Of a DNA stretch of 64,000 nucleotides, positions 11,338 through 20,346 are shown in pieces. Positions within the stretch are counted from its first letter, which is position 1, and the number at the start of each line of letters is the position of its first letter. A program made the position numbers and the translations under genes. A model generated the notes under the pieces. The model did not search any database. It worked only from the letters and a program-made list of their open reading frames with translations, and was not told the DNA's origin. Source of the stretch: an uncultured Planctomycetia bacterium. Lineage in GTDB: Bacteria; Planctomycetota; Planctomycetia; Pirellulales; PALSA-1355. The stretch covers positions 27,538 to 91,537 of the forward strand of contig CAWECK010000006.1 in assembly GCA_963807715.1 (NCBI GenBank), read 5' to 3'.

Positions 11338-13326
11338 TTGAATCCGGCCTCGTGTGTCATTTTGGTGCCCGCTCGGGGATCGATTTCGCCGGAATGTGAA
11401 CAGGGACTACAAACCCTGGAAAGGCGCGGCTATGCAGTGCGCCGCGCTGCCGATGCTCAGACAGTCGAAGTCGTCCGTGCAACGATGGTGCGAGACTCGC
11501 TGGCGGCAGGCTTCGATGAGCTGATGTGGATCGACGGCGACATATCGTTCCATCCCGGCGACGTGGAAAAACTGCGGCGGCACGGGCAGCCGGTCGTCTG
11601 CGGCATTTATCCGAAGGTACGAAGTCGCGAATTGGCTTGCGCCTTTCTGCCGGGAACGGAGAAGATTCAGTTTGGCGAGGTCGGCGGCCTAGTGGAAATC
11701 TTGTACGGGCCGTTTGGTTTCATGTTGACCCGCCGCGAGGTGTTCGAAGAAATTCGCCGACAGTTGTCGCTGCCCGAGTGCAATCAGCGTTTTGGCTCGG
11801 CGGTCGTGCCGTGGTTCATGCCGCTGTTGGCCGAAGACGGCTCGGCGGGACCGTGGTACTTGACGGACGATTTCGCGCTGTGTGAACGTGCGCGTCGGTG
11901 TCAGTTCAAGATCATGGCCGACAGCAGCATCCGGCTGTGGCGTATGGGCCTTTACGCCTTCGGTTGGGAGGACGCCGGCAGCGACAAGCAAGAGTACGCC
12001 AGCTACATCTTCCATTTGCCGGCGTCGATGCCCCTGACGTCCACGGCACCCCTATCGCCCGTGACGCCGGCCGCGGAAGCCGAAGGCCAGCCGGCAACGC
12101 AACCCGGTGAGCGCGGCCTGCGCAGCAATCCGCCGCGCATGGCGTTGCACGAGTTGCCTCGGCCGCTACGAGACGATTTCCCTCGCTACAAGGCCTATGT
12201 GGTGAGCTATCCTGCGAATCACGAAAGCTTGCAAGAGACTTTGCAGTCGTATCGCCAAAGCGACTGGGTCGAGGAGCCGCGGGTGTTCATGCAACCGGCC
12301 GACTGGCCGGTGGGCACCCAATCGGCCGCGAGCAACTACAAGCGCGCCCTCGCAGCGGCCATCGAAGACGACTGCGACTTTGCGGTCATCTCGGAGGACG
12401 ACGTGCGCGTCAATCGCCACTTACGGCGAAACCTGGAGGCGATCCCCTTGTTGCGGCGCGATCAATGCGATTATTTCAGCCTGTTCATGCCCGACTTAAT
12501 TGCCTCGCCCTGGGAGCGGCAAGAGCCGCACCTGGGATATCGCCTGGCGAAGTCGTTGTACGCGGGCCCGAATCGCATGTGGGAAAAATACCGGATTTGG
12601 GGAGCGCAGACCTACGTTTTGTCGCGAAGGTTTATTCTGGCGGCGCTGGAGCGTTGGGATCGCCTGGCCGAATCCCAGGATACGCGGGTGGTATCGGTTT
12701 GTTCGGAACTCCGATTGCCGATGTGGTACTCGGCCCCCTGCTTGATCCAGCATGCCCCGCTGCGCTCGGCGTTCAGCACCCCGACGGCGTATGCCCCCGA
12801 CTTCGACGGCGATTTCATCTTCCAGGTCGGATCAGGCTATCAGGCCCCCGAAGGCATTGCCGGTTGGCTGACTTGCGAAGAAGGCAAGACGCTGTGGGAG
12901 TTGGCGGCGGGGCGCGACGTTTTGGAATTGGGGACAACCGCCGGCCGAGCGACCGTTTGTCTGTGCAACAGAGCCGGCGCGTGGTCAGCGTCGATCCGCT
13001 CGATCAAATCGAAGCTCGCCAGTGGACCCGGCGCTACGGCCTGGCGGGTCGGGTCGAGTTTTTGCAAGGCGAGGTCAGCGACTGCTGCCTGTGCGCTGGG
13101 CGAACAGTTCGACCTCGTGCTGCTGGATACGGAACACGATGCGGAGTCATTTAAGCGCGATCTCGACGCGGCCCTGCCGCGGTTGCGGCGGGGCGGCTAT
13201 TTGGCCGTACACGACTATCCGGATCCCGACTGGCCTGAGGTTCGGCTGGTCGTGGACGAATACGCCCGGCGACTGAACTGGAAGCGCCACGCGCAAGTCG
13301 ACTACCTGGGAGTCTTCCGCACTTGA
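11338..13326 (+). CDS. Tri-domain protein: N-terminal GT-A (GT2-like, DxD WIDGDISF) glycosyltransferase, central glycosyltransferase family 25 domain, C-terminal class I SAM-dependent methyltransferase; two compensating frameshifts inside the methyltransferase domain (about 12965 and 13090)
   Basis: ORF 11290..13326 (TTG 11338 with AAGGAG SD); GT25-like YVVSYPANHESL ... FAVISEDDVRVNRHL; MTase motif DVLELGTTAGRATVCL then correct continuation SRRVVSVDPLDQIEARQWTRRYGLAGRVEFLQGEVSD is in the other frame (ORF 12465..13154), returning to frame at ...LGEQFDLVLLDTEHD...GGYLAVHDYPD. Confidence 0.55.
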   Translation: MNPASCVILVPARGSISPECEQGLQTLERRGYAVRRAADAQTVEVVRATMVRDSLAAGFDELMWIDGDISFHPGDVEKLRRHGQPVVCGIYPKVRSRELACAFLPGTEKIQFGEVGGLVEILYGPFGFMLTRREVFEEIRRQLSLPECNQRFGSAVVPWFMPLLAEDGSAGPWYLTDDFALCERARRCQFKIMADSSIRLWRMGLYAFGWEDAGSDKQEYASYIFHLPASMPLTSTAPLSPVTPAAEAEGQPATQPGERGLRSNPPRMALHELPRPLRDDFPRYKAYVVSYPANHESLQETLQSYRQSDWVEEPRVFMQPADWPVGTQSAASNYKRALAAAIEDDCDFAVISEDDVRVNRHLRRNLEAIPLLRRDQCDYFSLFMPDLIASPWERQEPHLGYRLAKSLYAGPNRMWEKYRIWGAQTYVLSRRFILAALERWDRLAESQDTRVVSVCSELRLPMWYSAPCLIQHAPLRSAFSTPTAYAPDFDGDFIFQVGSGYQAPEGIAGWLTCEEGKTLWELAAGRDVLELGTTAGRATVCLCNRAGAWSASIRSIKSKLASGPGATAWRVGSSFCKARSATAACALGEQFDLVLLDTEHDAESFKRDLDAALPRLRRGGYLAVHDYPDPDWPEVRLVVDEYARRLNWKRHAQVDYLGVFRT

Positions 13327-13394
13327 GACGCCGGCCAGCAAGATGCCACCGCAGGAGGTGAGGATTTACGGCAACGGATCGGTCGGTGCGAGCT

Positions 13395-13489
13395 AGTAGT
13401 TCAGGCACTCCGTGCTTGACTTTAGCGTGAGAGCGCGTTATGCAGCGGCATCGTCCGGCATATTTAGGCGAGCCCCCGTTGGGGCTTTT
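13395..13489. repeat. REP/MITE-like repeat copy C (between convergent genes)
   Basis: AGTAGTTCAGGCACTCCGTGCTTGAC hairpin + ...CATCGTCCGGCATATTTAGGCGAGCCCCCGTTGGGGCTTTT. Confidence 0.55.
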
Positions 13490-13641
13490 ATATTGCGCGC
13501 CCATTAATCTACGACTCCCGGTCCCGTTAATTCCCGTCCCCTTAGGTTCCCTCAATGAGGAGAGAACTCCAACGACGAGGGCTCACCGGCCTTGGGCGGT
13601 TACGACTTCGAAAACGAGAGGCGCGAGCCGTTCGCGCAGCT

Positions 13642-14172
13642 TCATCCTGCGCGACCCAAGCGGCTGCGCACCGTGCCCACGTTCAGTTCCAGCAATTCGC
13701 CGATGGTGCGGTAGTCGCAACCTTCCACTTCGCGCAGCACGAGGACCATGCGGTGCTGCTCGCTCAGCTTGCCAAGAGCGTGACGAACCGCGGACGCTTC
13801 TTCGTGGCGGACCAACTCCTCGCCGGTCGCGGCGCGAGGGTCGGCCGGGTCGAACTGGCGGCCGCAACGAGATACACCCAAGGAGACATTGGCTTTCACT
13901 CGCCGCGCGCGGCAACGCGCCAGGTTCAGCGCGATCCGAAACAGCCAAGTGTAGAACCCGCTGCGGTTTTGAAAGGTGTCGAGTTTCAAGTACGCCCGCA
14001 GAAGGGCGTCTTGCACGACGTCTTCGGTGTCGAAATGACTTGGAACCAGGCACTGAAGACTGTTGAATAGACGCTCCTGGTGGCGCAGCGCAAGCTGCCC
14101 GAAGGCGTCCGAATCGCCCCCCAGGACCCGAGCGATGATTTCCTGGTCGGTAGCGCGTTGGCAATTATTCAT
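13642..14172 (-). CDS. ECF-type RNA polymerase sigma-70 factor (sigma-24 family)
   Basis: Start MNNCQRATDQEIIARVLGGDSDAFGQL (region 2) ... region 4 HTH VLREVEGCDYRTIGELLELNVGTVRSRL; listed ORF extends upstream with junk; C-terminal few residues may continue in +1 frame (RMKLRERLAPL). Confidence 0.7.
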   Translation of the reverse strand: MNNCQRATDQEIIARVLGGDSDAFGQLALRHQERLFNSLQCLVPSHFDTEDVVQDALLRAYLKLDTFQNRSGFYTWLFRIALNLARCRARRVKANVSLGVSRCGRQFDPADPRAATGEELVRHEEASAVRHALGKLSEQHRMVLVLREVEGCDYRTIGELLELNVGTVRSRLGRAG

Positions 14173-14376
14173 GGCGGATTTGCGAAATCGGTGGCGGCGC
14201 GGTTTTTCACCATGCGCCGATTTTCTTTGCCGGTCGGCCCCGCCTATACTCCCCACTGGGCGACGAATCCCAACAAGAAAATTCAGCCGGGCCGGGTTGC
14301 GGTCGAATTTTCTGTTGGGTTTTTGGGCGCGACCGCGGAGAATACTACGTGGGGAGGGGTCGCCGGGAGTATCCGC

Positions 14377-14892
14377 GTGCTTCAACATCAGGAATTCGTC
14401 AGCCAGTTCCTCCGCGAAGAGCGCTACCTGGCGGCCTATCTCCTGAGCGCTACCGGTGACGTCCACGCGGCGGAAGATCTGCTGCAGAACGTCGCGCGAG
14501 TCCTGTGGGAGAAGCTGGTGGACTATGATGAATCCCGGCCGTTCGGGGCTTGGGCCACGGGCGTGGCTCAACTGGAAGTTCTCAAATGGCGGCAACGCGT
14601 GGCCCGCGTGCGCGAGATCCTTTCCGAAGACTCGATGCGCCTGTTGTCGGAGACCGCCGCCCAACATGCCGCCGAGGTCAACGAGCAATACTTCTTCCTG
14701 GCCGACTGCCTCCAGGCGCTGGGCGCCTCCGCTCGCGCGGTCCTGGAGATGAAGTACGCTCAGGACTGCAAGATTCGAGACATCGCCTGCCGACTTCAGA
14801 AGAGCACCGCGTCCATTGAAATGATCCTGGTCCGCAGCCGCCGGACGCTGCGGGAGTGCATTCAGCGCAAAGCGTCACAAGCGCAAGGGTAG
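14377..14892 (+). CDS. ECF-type RNA polymerase sigma-70 factor, divergent from the first
   Basis: Region 2 EFVSQFLREERYLAAYLLSATGDVHAAEDLLQNVARVLWEKLVDYD and region 4 ARAVLEMKYAQDCKIRDIACRLQKSTASIEMILVRSRRTL; GTG start at 14377 inferred (ORF track starts earlier at 14080). Confidence 0.6.
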   Translation: MLQHQEFVSQFLREERYLAAYLLSATGDVHAAEDLLQNVARVLWEKLVDYDESRPFGAWATGVAQLEVLKWRQRVARVREILSEDSMRLLSETAAQHAAEVNEQYFFLADCLQALGASARAVLEMKYAQDCKIRDIACRLQKSTASIEMILVRSRRTLRECIQRKASQAQG

Positions 14893-14897
14893 GCATC

Positions 14898-15818
14898 GTG
14901 AACGGCGAGTTGCAGGAGTTGATCGACCGCTATCTGAGCGGGTCGGCATCGGCCGACGAGGTTGGGCAGCTCGACGCGCTGGTGCGCGAAGATCCCTCGG
15001 CGCGCCACGCCCTGCTGATGGCTTCGGCCTTGGAAGCGCAGCTTCGCAAACTGCTGGTCAGTGCTGCGCCACACGCCCCAGCGGCGCCGGCCTCACGCGA
15101 CCCCGTTCGGTGGAGGCTGGGGGTGCAAACTGCGGCCGTGTTGCTGGTGGCGGTCGGGGGTTGGGCCACGGCCTTTTATTTCGCCAATCAGTACCGCGCG
15201 AAGTGCGACCAGTACGCGACGGCGCTGCGGACCCTTGCCGAATTGGGGGCCGCTCCCTTGGAGGACCCCCTGCCCCAAGACCCCACGCAGCCGGGCGCCA
15301 CCGGCCGCGTGGTCGAAACACGCGGGCTAGTGGGGATTCTCCCGGAAGGGCAAAACGACTTCGTGCATGTGCGTGCGGGGGCCCCGATTCCCATCGGGCG
15401 ATCACTCTGGACGTGTCCATGGGGCGCCGCGGGGATGCGCTTCGCGGACGGCGTATCGTTGCAGCTCGATCGTAGCACGGTGGTCGTGTTTTCGGAGATC
15501 GACGGCATTCGGCACGCGGCGGTGAAAAGCGGCATTTTTTACATCACCAAACCCGAGGCGTCCCAAGCCGGGCCGTTCGTCGTGACCACCATTCACGCCT
15601 CGACGACGATAATCAACGCCCAAGTGGCCGTGGCCGCCGACGGCGACCGGACGATCGTCGAAGTGGCCGTCGGCGAGGTCCGGGTCACTGGCCGAGCGAA
15701 CGGCCGGGCCATCTCCGTGCCGGCCGCGCACTATGCGATCGTCACCGATACGGCGGAGCCCCAGGTCATCAAGGGGCGCTTCGACTGGCGACTGGAGCCC
15801 GCCAAGCCGGACCAATGA
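14898..15818 (+). CDS. FecR-domain anti-sigma factor (partner of the preceding ECF sigma)
   Basis: GTG start VNGELQELIDRYLSGSASADEVGQLDALVRED (typical planctomycete anti-sigma N-terminus), one TM (AAVLLVAVGGWATAFYFA), C-terminal FecR-like beta-rich region; 4-nt gap after sigma stop. Confidence 0.65.
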   Translation: MNGELQELIDRYLSGSASADEVGQLDALVREDPSARHALLMASALEAQLRKLLVSAAPHAPAAPASRDPVRWRLGVQTAAVLLVAVGGWATAFYFANQYRAKCDQYATALRTLAELGAAPLEDPLPQDPTQPGATGRVVETRGLVGILPEGQNDFVHVRAGAPIPIGRSLWTCPWGAAGMRFADGVSLQLDRSTVVVFSEIDGIRHAAVKSGIFYITKPEASQAGPFVVTTIHASTTIINAQVAVAADGDRTIVEVAVGEVRVTGRANGRAISVPAAHYAIVTDTAEPQVIKGRFDWRLEPAKPDQ

Positions 15819-15979
15819 CTTTGGGGCGGCTGTTGTTGCCCGCAGAAGAAGAGGCGGCGGGAAGAAAAGGAGGGGGCGGAAGTTTCTCAACGCGTTCGCC
15901 AAGGACCCTTGCCTGCCCCGGTGCTGGAGCATCCGGGTCGCTGCTGCCACCTCCGACGACTACAAGCAGGGGCATTCGT

Positions 15980-17110
15980 TCACTCGGACGGCTTGCTGAG
16001 GGGAATGTGCAGGTTAAAGGATGCTGAACGCTTTGCCGTTTCATCCGCGGCACAGAAGAGAATGGCGGGCCGGCCGTTCTCGAACCAAAGTTGCGGCCGC
16101 TCGAGCTGAGCCAGTTGTTCGTGGCGGCCGTCTTGCCAGGTAACTTCCGGAGCGGTGATGAACGGATGTTTGGCCAGGTTCCATTGCAGGCCGTCGTCGG
16201 AAGTGAACAACACGAGCGAGCGTCCCCTGCCTGCCTTGTCGGTGAAATGGCCTCCTTGATCTTTGATGATCGCCCAATACCGCTTGCCGTCGCTCCAAAT
16301 GAAGGGGTCTTCGGCCACGAAGTGGACGCCCTCCTTGGTGAACACCGGGGCGGGATGTTTGCGGAACGGTCCGGTCGGGCTGTCACTCGTCGCGACCACG
16401 TGCACCACCGGCCCGCCGAACGGCAACGGCGACTTGTCGCCAACGGCTTTGTAGACCATGAGATAACCGCCCCCGGGTCGCGCCGTGACGGACGGGTCGG
16501 TGCAACAGAGGGCATCGACGAAGCCTTTGGTCGGCGCCACCAGCGGCTGGTCGCTATGCGTCCACGGGCCATTGGGATCGTCGGCCACGGCGACGCCGAT
16601 GCACTGGTTGTTGCGATGGACCCACCGCTGGGTCTTCATGACGGCCGGGTCGGGCATGTCGCCCATGTAATGATCGGCCGTGTTGCCCATGTAGTAGAGA
16701 TAGTATTTGTCGCCGAATCGCAGAACCGTGGGATCGTGCGTGCAGAGCCCGTCCCAGAACTCCTTGCCGCGCGGCGGCAGGGCCACGTCCTTGTGCCGGT
16801 AAGGCCCGACCGGCTGATCGCTCACGGCATGCGCGATTTCGGAATGCGACACCCAAGCGTCAAACCCTAACCGGCGCGGCCAGCGCGAATAGAACAAATG
16901 GCACTTCCCGTCGGGGCCACGGACCATGGAGCCGCACCAGATGAAGTAATCCGGATCGCTGAGTCTCGCCGTTGTCGGAGCCGGGCGGATCCAGGCTCGC
17001 AAGTCCAGATCCGCTTCGTCCTCCGTGGCGGGAGAAATCCCGGTGCAGAGACAGACGCAGCCCCAAATGCCAAGCGTTGTTGCAAGGAGTACGGAACGAG
17101 GTGCTTGCAT
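15980..17110 (-). CDS. Secreted 5-bladed beta-propeller glycoside hydrolase (GH43/GH117-like)
   Basis: Signal peptide MQAPRSVLLATTLGIWGCVCLCTG; propeller blades with DP motifs (DPTVLRFGDKYYLYY, DPSVTARPGGGYLMVY, DPFIWSDGKRYWAIIKD). Confidence 0.5.
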   Translation of the reverse strand: MQAPRSVLLATTLGIWGCVCLCTGISPATEDEADLDLRAWIRPAPTTARLSDPDYFIWCGSMVRGPDGKCHLFYSRWPRRLGFDAWVSHSEIAHAVSDQPVGPYRHKDVALPPRGKEFWDGLCTHDPTVLRFGDKYYLYYMGNTADHYMGDMPDPAVMKTQRWVHRNNQCIGVAVADDPNGPWTHSDQPLVAPTKGFVDALCCTDPSVTARPGGGYLMVYKAVGDKSPLPFGGPVVHVVATSDSPTGPFRKHPAPVFTKEGVHFVAEDPFIWSDGKRYWAIIKDQGGHFTDKAGRGRSLVLFTSDDGLQWNLAKHPFITAPEVTWQDGRHEQLAQLERPQLWFENGRPAILFCAADETAKRSASFNLHIPLSKPSE

Positions 17111-17308
17111 GGCTTGATTCGCTGCAAGAAAGATTTCGGAATAGAGCAAGAGCCAGCGCGAACAGACTGCCACTAACTGTAGCCGGCTGGCGGAGGCGGA
17201 TCAACACAACGCTGTGAAGGGACAAGGGGGCGGGAAAGCGGGATCTGTTTTGCGGGGCAGGCTAAATCTTGCTTCCCACATTGTGGAAGCTCAAAGAGAA
17301 GTATGGCT

Positions 17309-17653
17309 TTACTTCGGAGCGCCTCCCACGTCGTAATGCACCGCCAGCCAAACGGTCGGCTCGTCCGGCGTTGTCCATTCGACTCGGTGCCTCGTGTGCG
17401 CCTGAATGTTCACGAAGTCGCCTGGCTTCATCTCGACCGGCTGTTCGTCCCGGGCGAACCGGAGCCTCGCCGCGCCTTTCAATACAACGACCCACTCGTG
17501 CCGGTCTTGATCGAACCAGAAGCCTTCGGGCGAGGTATGGCCGTGGGAGATGATCCGCTCGATGCGGAGGTTGACGGCTTCGAGCAGCGTGGTGAAAAAT
17601 TCGTCGGGTAACTGGCGAGGAAGGTCGTTGAGGAGGTTGACGGGAATGGTCAT
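17309..17653 (-). CDS. Cupin-2 domain protein
   Basis: Start MTIPVNLLNDLPR; cupin His/Glu cluster IISHGHTSPEGFWFDQDRHEWVVVLKGAARLRF ... FVNIQAHTRHRVEW. Confidence 0.6.
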   Translation of the reverse strand: MTIPVNLLNDLPRQLPDEFFTTLLEAVNLRIERIISHGHTSPEGFWFDQDRHEWVVVLKGAARLRFARDEQPVEMKPGDFVNIQAHTRHRVEWTTPDEPTVWLAVHYDVGGAPK

Positions 17654-17802
17654 GCTTTTTTGCCATCTTTCAGCCGTCTGCACCAACGGAGTGGTTTGAG
17701 CAGTGCCGTAATTCCAAGTTCCTTGTTAATTTCCCTCTTGGCCTTGCTGATGCCGAGAATGGTTTACAAGGAAGGGCGACGGTAGCGGAAGAGGTTCATG
17801 GG

Positions 17803-18087
17803 CTAGTCGACGGGGCGCTTATGCCGCTTGATCTCGACCACCTTCGCCACCAGGTAGCCGATTTCATCGCCGTCGAGGTCGGCCACCTTGGCGACTTGGT
17901 GGATGTACTTGAGCAAGTCCTCTAACCTCCCGAGAAAAGCGGCAAAATACTCCTGGTCTTCCGGGCGACCGAGTATATATCCGTCCGGCGAGATGAGCAT
18001 TTCCATCAGCCCGGGCTTCGTCCATTGTTCCCCGAGCAGGCAACCGAGCATCGCCCGGAAGTCTTCGCTGACCTGGGCCTGCCGCAA
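17803..18087 (-). CDS. Hypothetical small protein (94 aa) abutting the IS1380 left end
   Basis: ORF only; no recognisable domain. Confidence 0.25.
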   Translation of the reverse strand: MRQAQVSEDFRAMLGCLLGEQWTKPGLMEMLISPDGYILGRPEDQEYFAAFLGRLEDLLKYIHQVAKVADLDGDEIGYLVAKVVEIKRHKRPVD

Positions 18088-18135
18088 CTTTCGGTGCAGT
18101 CCTGGCGAATCTGATCGGGCGTTCGGATTGGCGAA

Positions 18136-20042
18136 CTAGACCTTAACCAAGCGTACCCGGCGCGGCTTTTGGCGAAGAAGTTTTGAGAAAACGAAATCCC
18201 TCGGCGTTTTTGCGGTGTTTCAGAAGTGTCAAGCTCTGCAACATCACAACCGCGGAGGGATTTCGAGTGAACGCCAAGATACGCCGTCAACTGCGGGCTC
18301 GCAAGCAGCGGATCGAGCGACGCCTGGATAAATCGAAACTGGGCGATTGCACGCAGCCGGTCATGTCCGCTGCCAACATTCAGTTCGACGTTGCCGAACG
18401 GACGCACGGCATGAGCTACGGCGGCCTGGGCGCGATGGTGCTGTTGGTCCGGCGATTGGGTTTGGCCGAGGCCATCGATCGACGACTGCGCCTGCTGAAG
18501 ATTCATCTGCCGTATCACGAGAGCGACCACGTGCTGAATCTGGCCTATAACGCGCTGTGCGATGGTCGCTGTCTGGAAGACCTCGAACTGCGCCGCAACG
18601 ACGAAGTGCATCTCGACGCGCTGGCGGCACGGCGCATCCCCGACCCGACCACGGCCGGCGATTTCTGCCGCCGCTTCGCGGAGCACGACATTCGGGTGTT
18701 GCAGGACATTTTCGACGAGACGCGAAAGAAGGTATGGAAGGAGCAGCCGCCGGAGTTCTTCGACGAGGCCCGCCTCGACATGGACGGCACGTTCGTCGTC
18801 ACCGGCGGCGAGTGCAAGCAAGGCATGGACATCAACTACAAGAATCAGTGGACCTACCATCCGCTGGTCGTGTCGCTGGCCAACACTGGCGAAGCGTTGT
18901 CGATCGTCAATCGCTCGGGCAATCGGCCCAGCCATGAAGGGGCGGCCGACGAAGTCGATCGCCTGCTCGACGTCTGCTTTGCCGGTGGCTTTCGCAAGGT
19001 CCTCTTGCGCGGAGACACCGACTTCTCGCAGACCAGGCATCTGGATCGCTGGAGCGCGGACCCGCGAGTGCGTTTCATCTTCGGCATGGACTGCACCGCC
19101 AACTTGCACATTCTGGCCGACGATCTGCCGCTGGCGGCCTGGAAACTGCTGAAACGGCCGAAACGTCACCAGGTCAAGACCAAGCGGCGCAAGCGGCCCG
19201 CGAACGTCAAAGCCGCCATCGTGCGCGAAGCGCGAGTTCGAGAACATCCGCTTGGAAAGCGAGGAGGTGGCCGAGTTCGATTACCGGCCCACGGCTTGCA
19301 AACGGACCTATCGCATGGTGGTGGTGCGAAAGAACCTGACGCGTGAGAAAGGCAAGCAGCGATTGTTCGACGACTATCGCTACTTCTTCTACATCACGAA
19401 CGATCGGCGACAGTCGGCCACCGCGATCGTGCTGGAAGCCAACGATCGTTGCGATCAGGAGAACCTGCACGCGCAACTCAAGGGGAGCGTGCGGTCCTTG
19501 ACCGCGCCGGTCGATTCGCTGTTGAGCAACTGGGCTTACATGGTGATGACCTCGTTGGCCTGGAACTTGAAGGCGTGGTTCGCGTTGTCATTGCCGGAAA
19601 CGGGCGCGAATGCCGAGCAGCGTCGCAACGAGAAGCGAACCGTACTGCGGATGGAGTTTCGCACGTTCGTCAACGCCCTGGTGCGTCTGCCATGCCAGAT
19701 CGTGCGAACTGGGGGCCGATTGGTCTATCGTTTATTGGCCTGGAATCGATGGCAAGAAGTATTGTTCCGCGCGGTCGACGCGCTGCGTCATCCGCTACGC
19801 TGCTGAGGCCTGAGCGCTGCGGGCATCGCGCGGCCGTTGCTCGCAGCGACGAATCGAAACCGGAGTCCGGATGCTCCGGTCCGCCGCGGCCCCTGAGTGC
19901 GAGAAAGAATCCTGCCGATGCCCGATCCGACAACCTGAAGAATTACAACGCCGCGCGAGCCGGCCGCGCTCTACGCTGCGCTGACACCGGCAGAAAAAAA
20001 CTCCAGGCGAAACCCTTCCGCGTTCGCTTGTTTGAGGACTAG
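18136..20042 (+). mobile_element. IS1380-family insertion sequence (~1.9 kb)
   Basis: Imperfect ~25-bp TIRs CTAGACCTTAACCAAGCGTACCCGG (18136..18160) vs reverse complement of 20018..20042 CTAGTCCTCAAACAAGCGAACGCGG (20/25); single large transposase gene. Confidence 0.6.
18267..19806 (+). CDS. IS1380-family DDE transposase, interrupted by one apparent frameshift near 19220
   Basis: GTG start VNAKIRRQLRARKQRIERRL with GGAGGGA SD; hallmark HLPYHESDHVLNLAYNALCDGRCLEDLELRRNDEVHLDALAARRIPDPTTAGDFCRRF; C-part (ORF 19252..19806) FDYRPTACKRTYRMVVVRK...RYFFYITND...WAYMVMTSLAWNL continues in +1 frame after ...AAIVREKREFENIRLESEE. Confidence 0.7.
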
Positions 20043-20340
20043 AGGACATTTCCACCCCTTCACCGTCTCTGCATTCGCAGTAAACTATTCACGGTATCCT
20101 ACGATCACGGTGTCGGATCAGCAACTAGCAATCGTGGCGACGCCGGAGAACCGACCAGTGGATCCCAAAACCGTCGAAAAGCTCGAAGACAAAATCGAGG
20201 AAGCTGTCGTCGAGGTCATCCTGAAGATGGGACTGAAGCGGCTGCCGCTGCTCCCCTCTCGCCATACGTTTCAAATGATGGCGAAAGCGGCTGTGGCCGT
20301 GTACGAAGCGGCCGTGGAGAATCATCCCAGAGACGGCTGA
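20032..20340 (+). CDS. Hypothetical protein; ORF begins inside IS1380 right TIR, real start probably GTG 20110
   Basis: ORF only (ITVSDQQLAIVATPENRPVDPKTVEKLEDKIEEAVVEVILKMGLK...); immediately upstream (7 nt) of the M41-like gene. Confidence 0.3.
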   Translation: MRTRGHFHPFTVSAFAVNYSRYPTITVSDQQLAIVATPENRPVDPKTVEKLEDKIEEAVVEVILKMGLKRLPLLPSRHTFQMMAKAAVAVYEAAVENHPRDG

Positions 20341-20346
20341 GACACG

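Noticed and set aside
13440-14164. ORFs 13440..14066(+), 13555..14070(+), 13583..14164(-)
   Set aside because: Overlap the ECF sigma gene in wrong frames/strand; Arg-rich. Only the last ~25 codons of 13583..14164 (RMKLRERLAPLVFEVVTAQGR) might be the true sigma C-terminus after a +1 shift.
15769-16870. ORFs 15769..16572(-) 267 aa and 16091..16870(+) 259 aa
   Set aside because: Out-of-frame/antisense overlaps of the glycoside hydrolase gene 15980..17110; low-complexity Arg/Pro-rich.
18006-19247. 413-aa minus-strand ORF
   Set aside because: Antisense to the IS1380 transposase, which has unambiguous family motifs; no motifs of its own.
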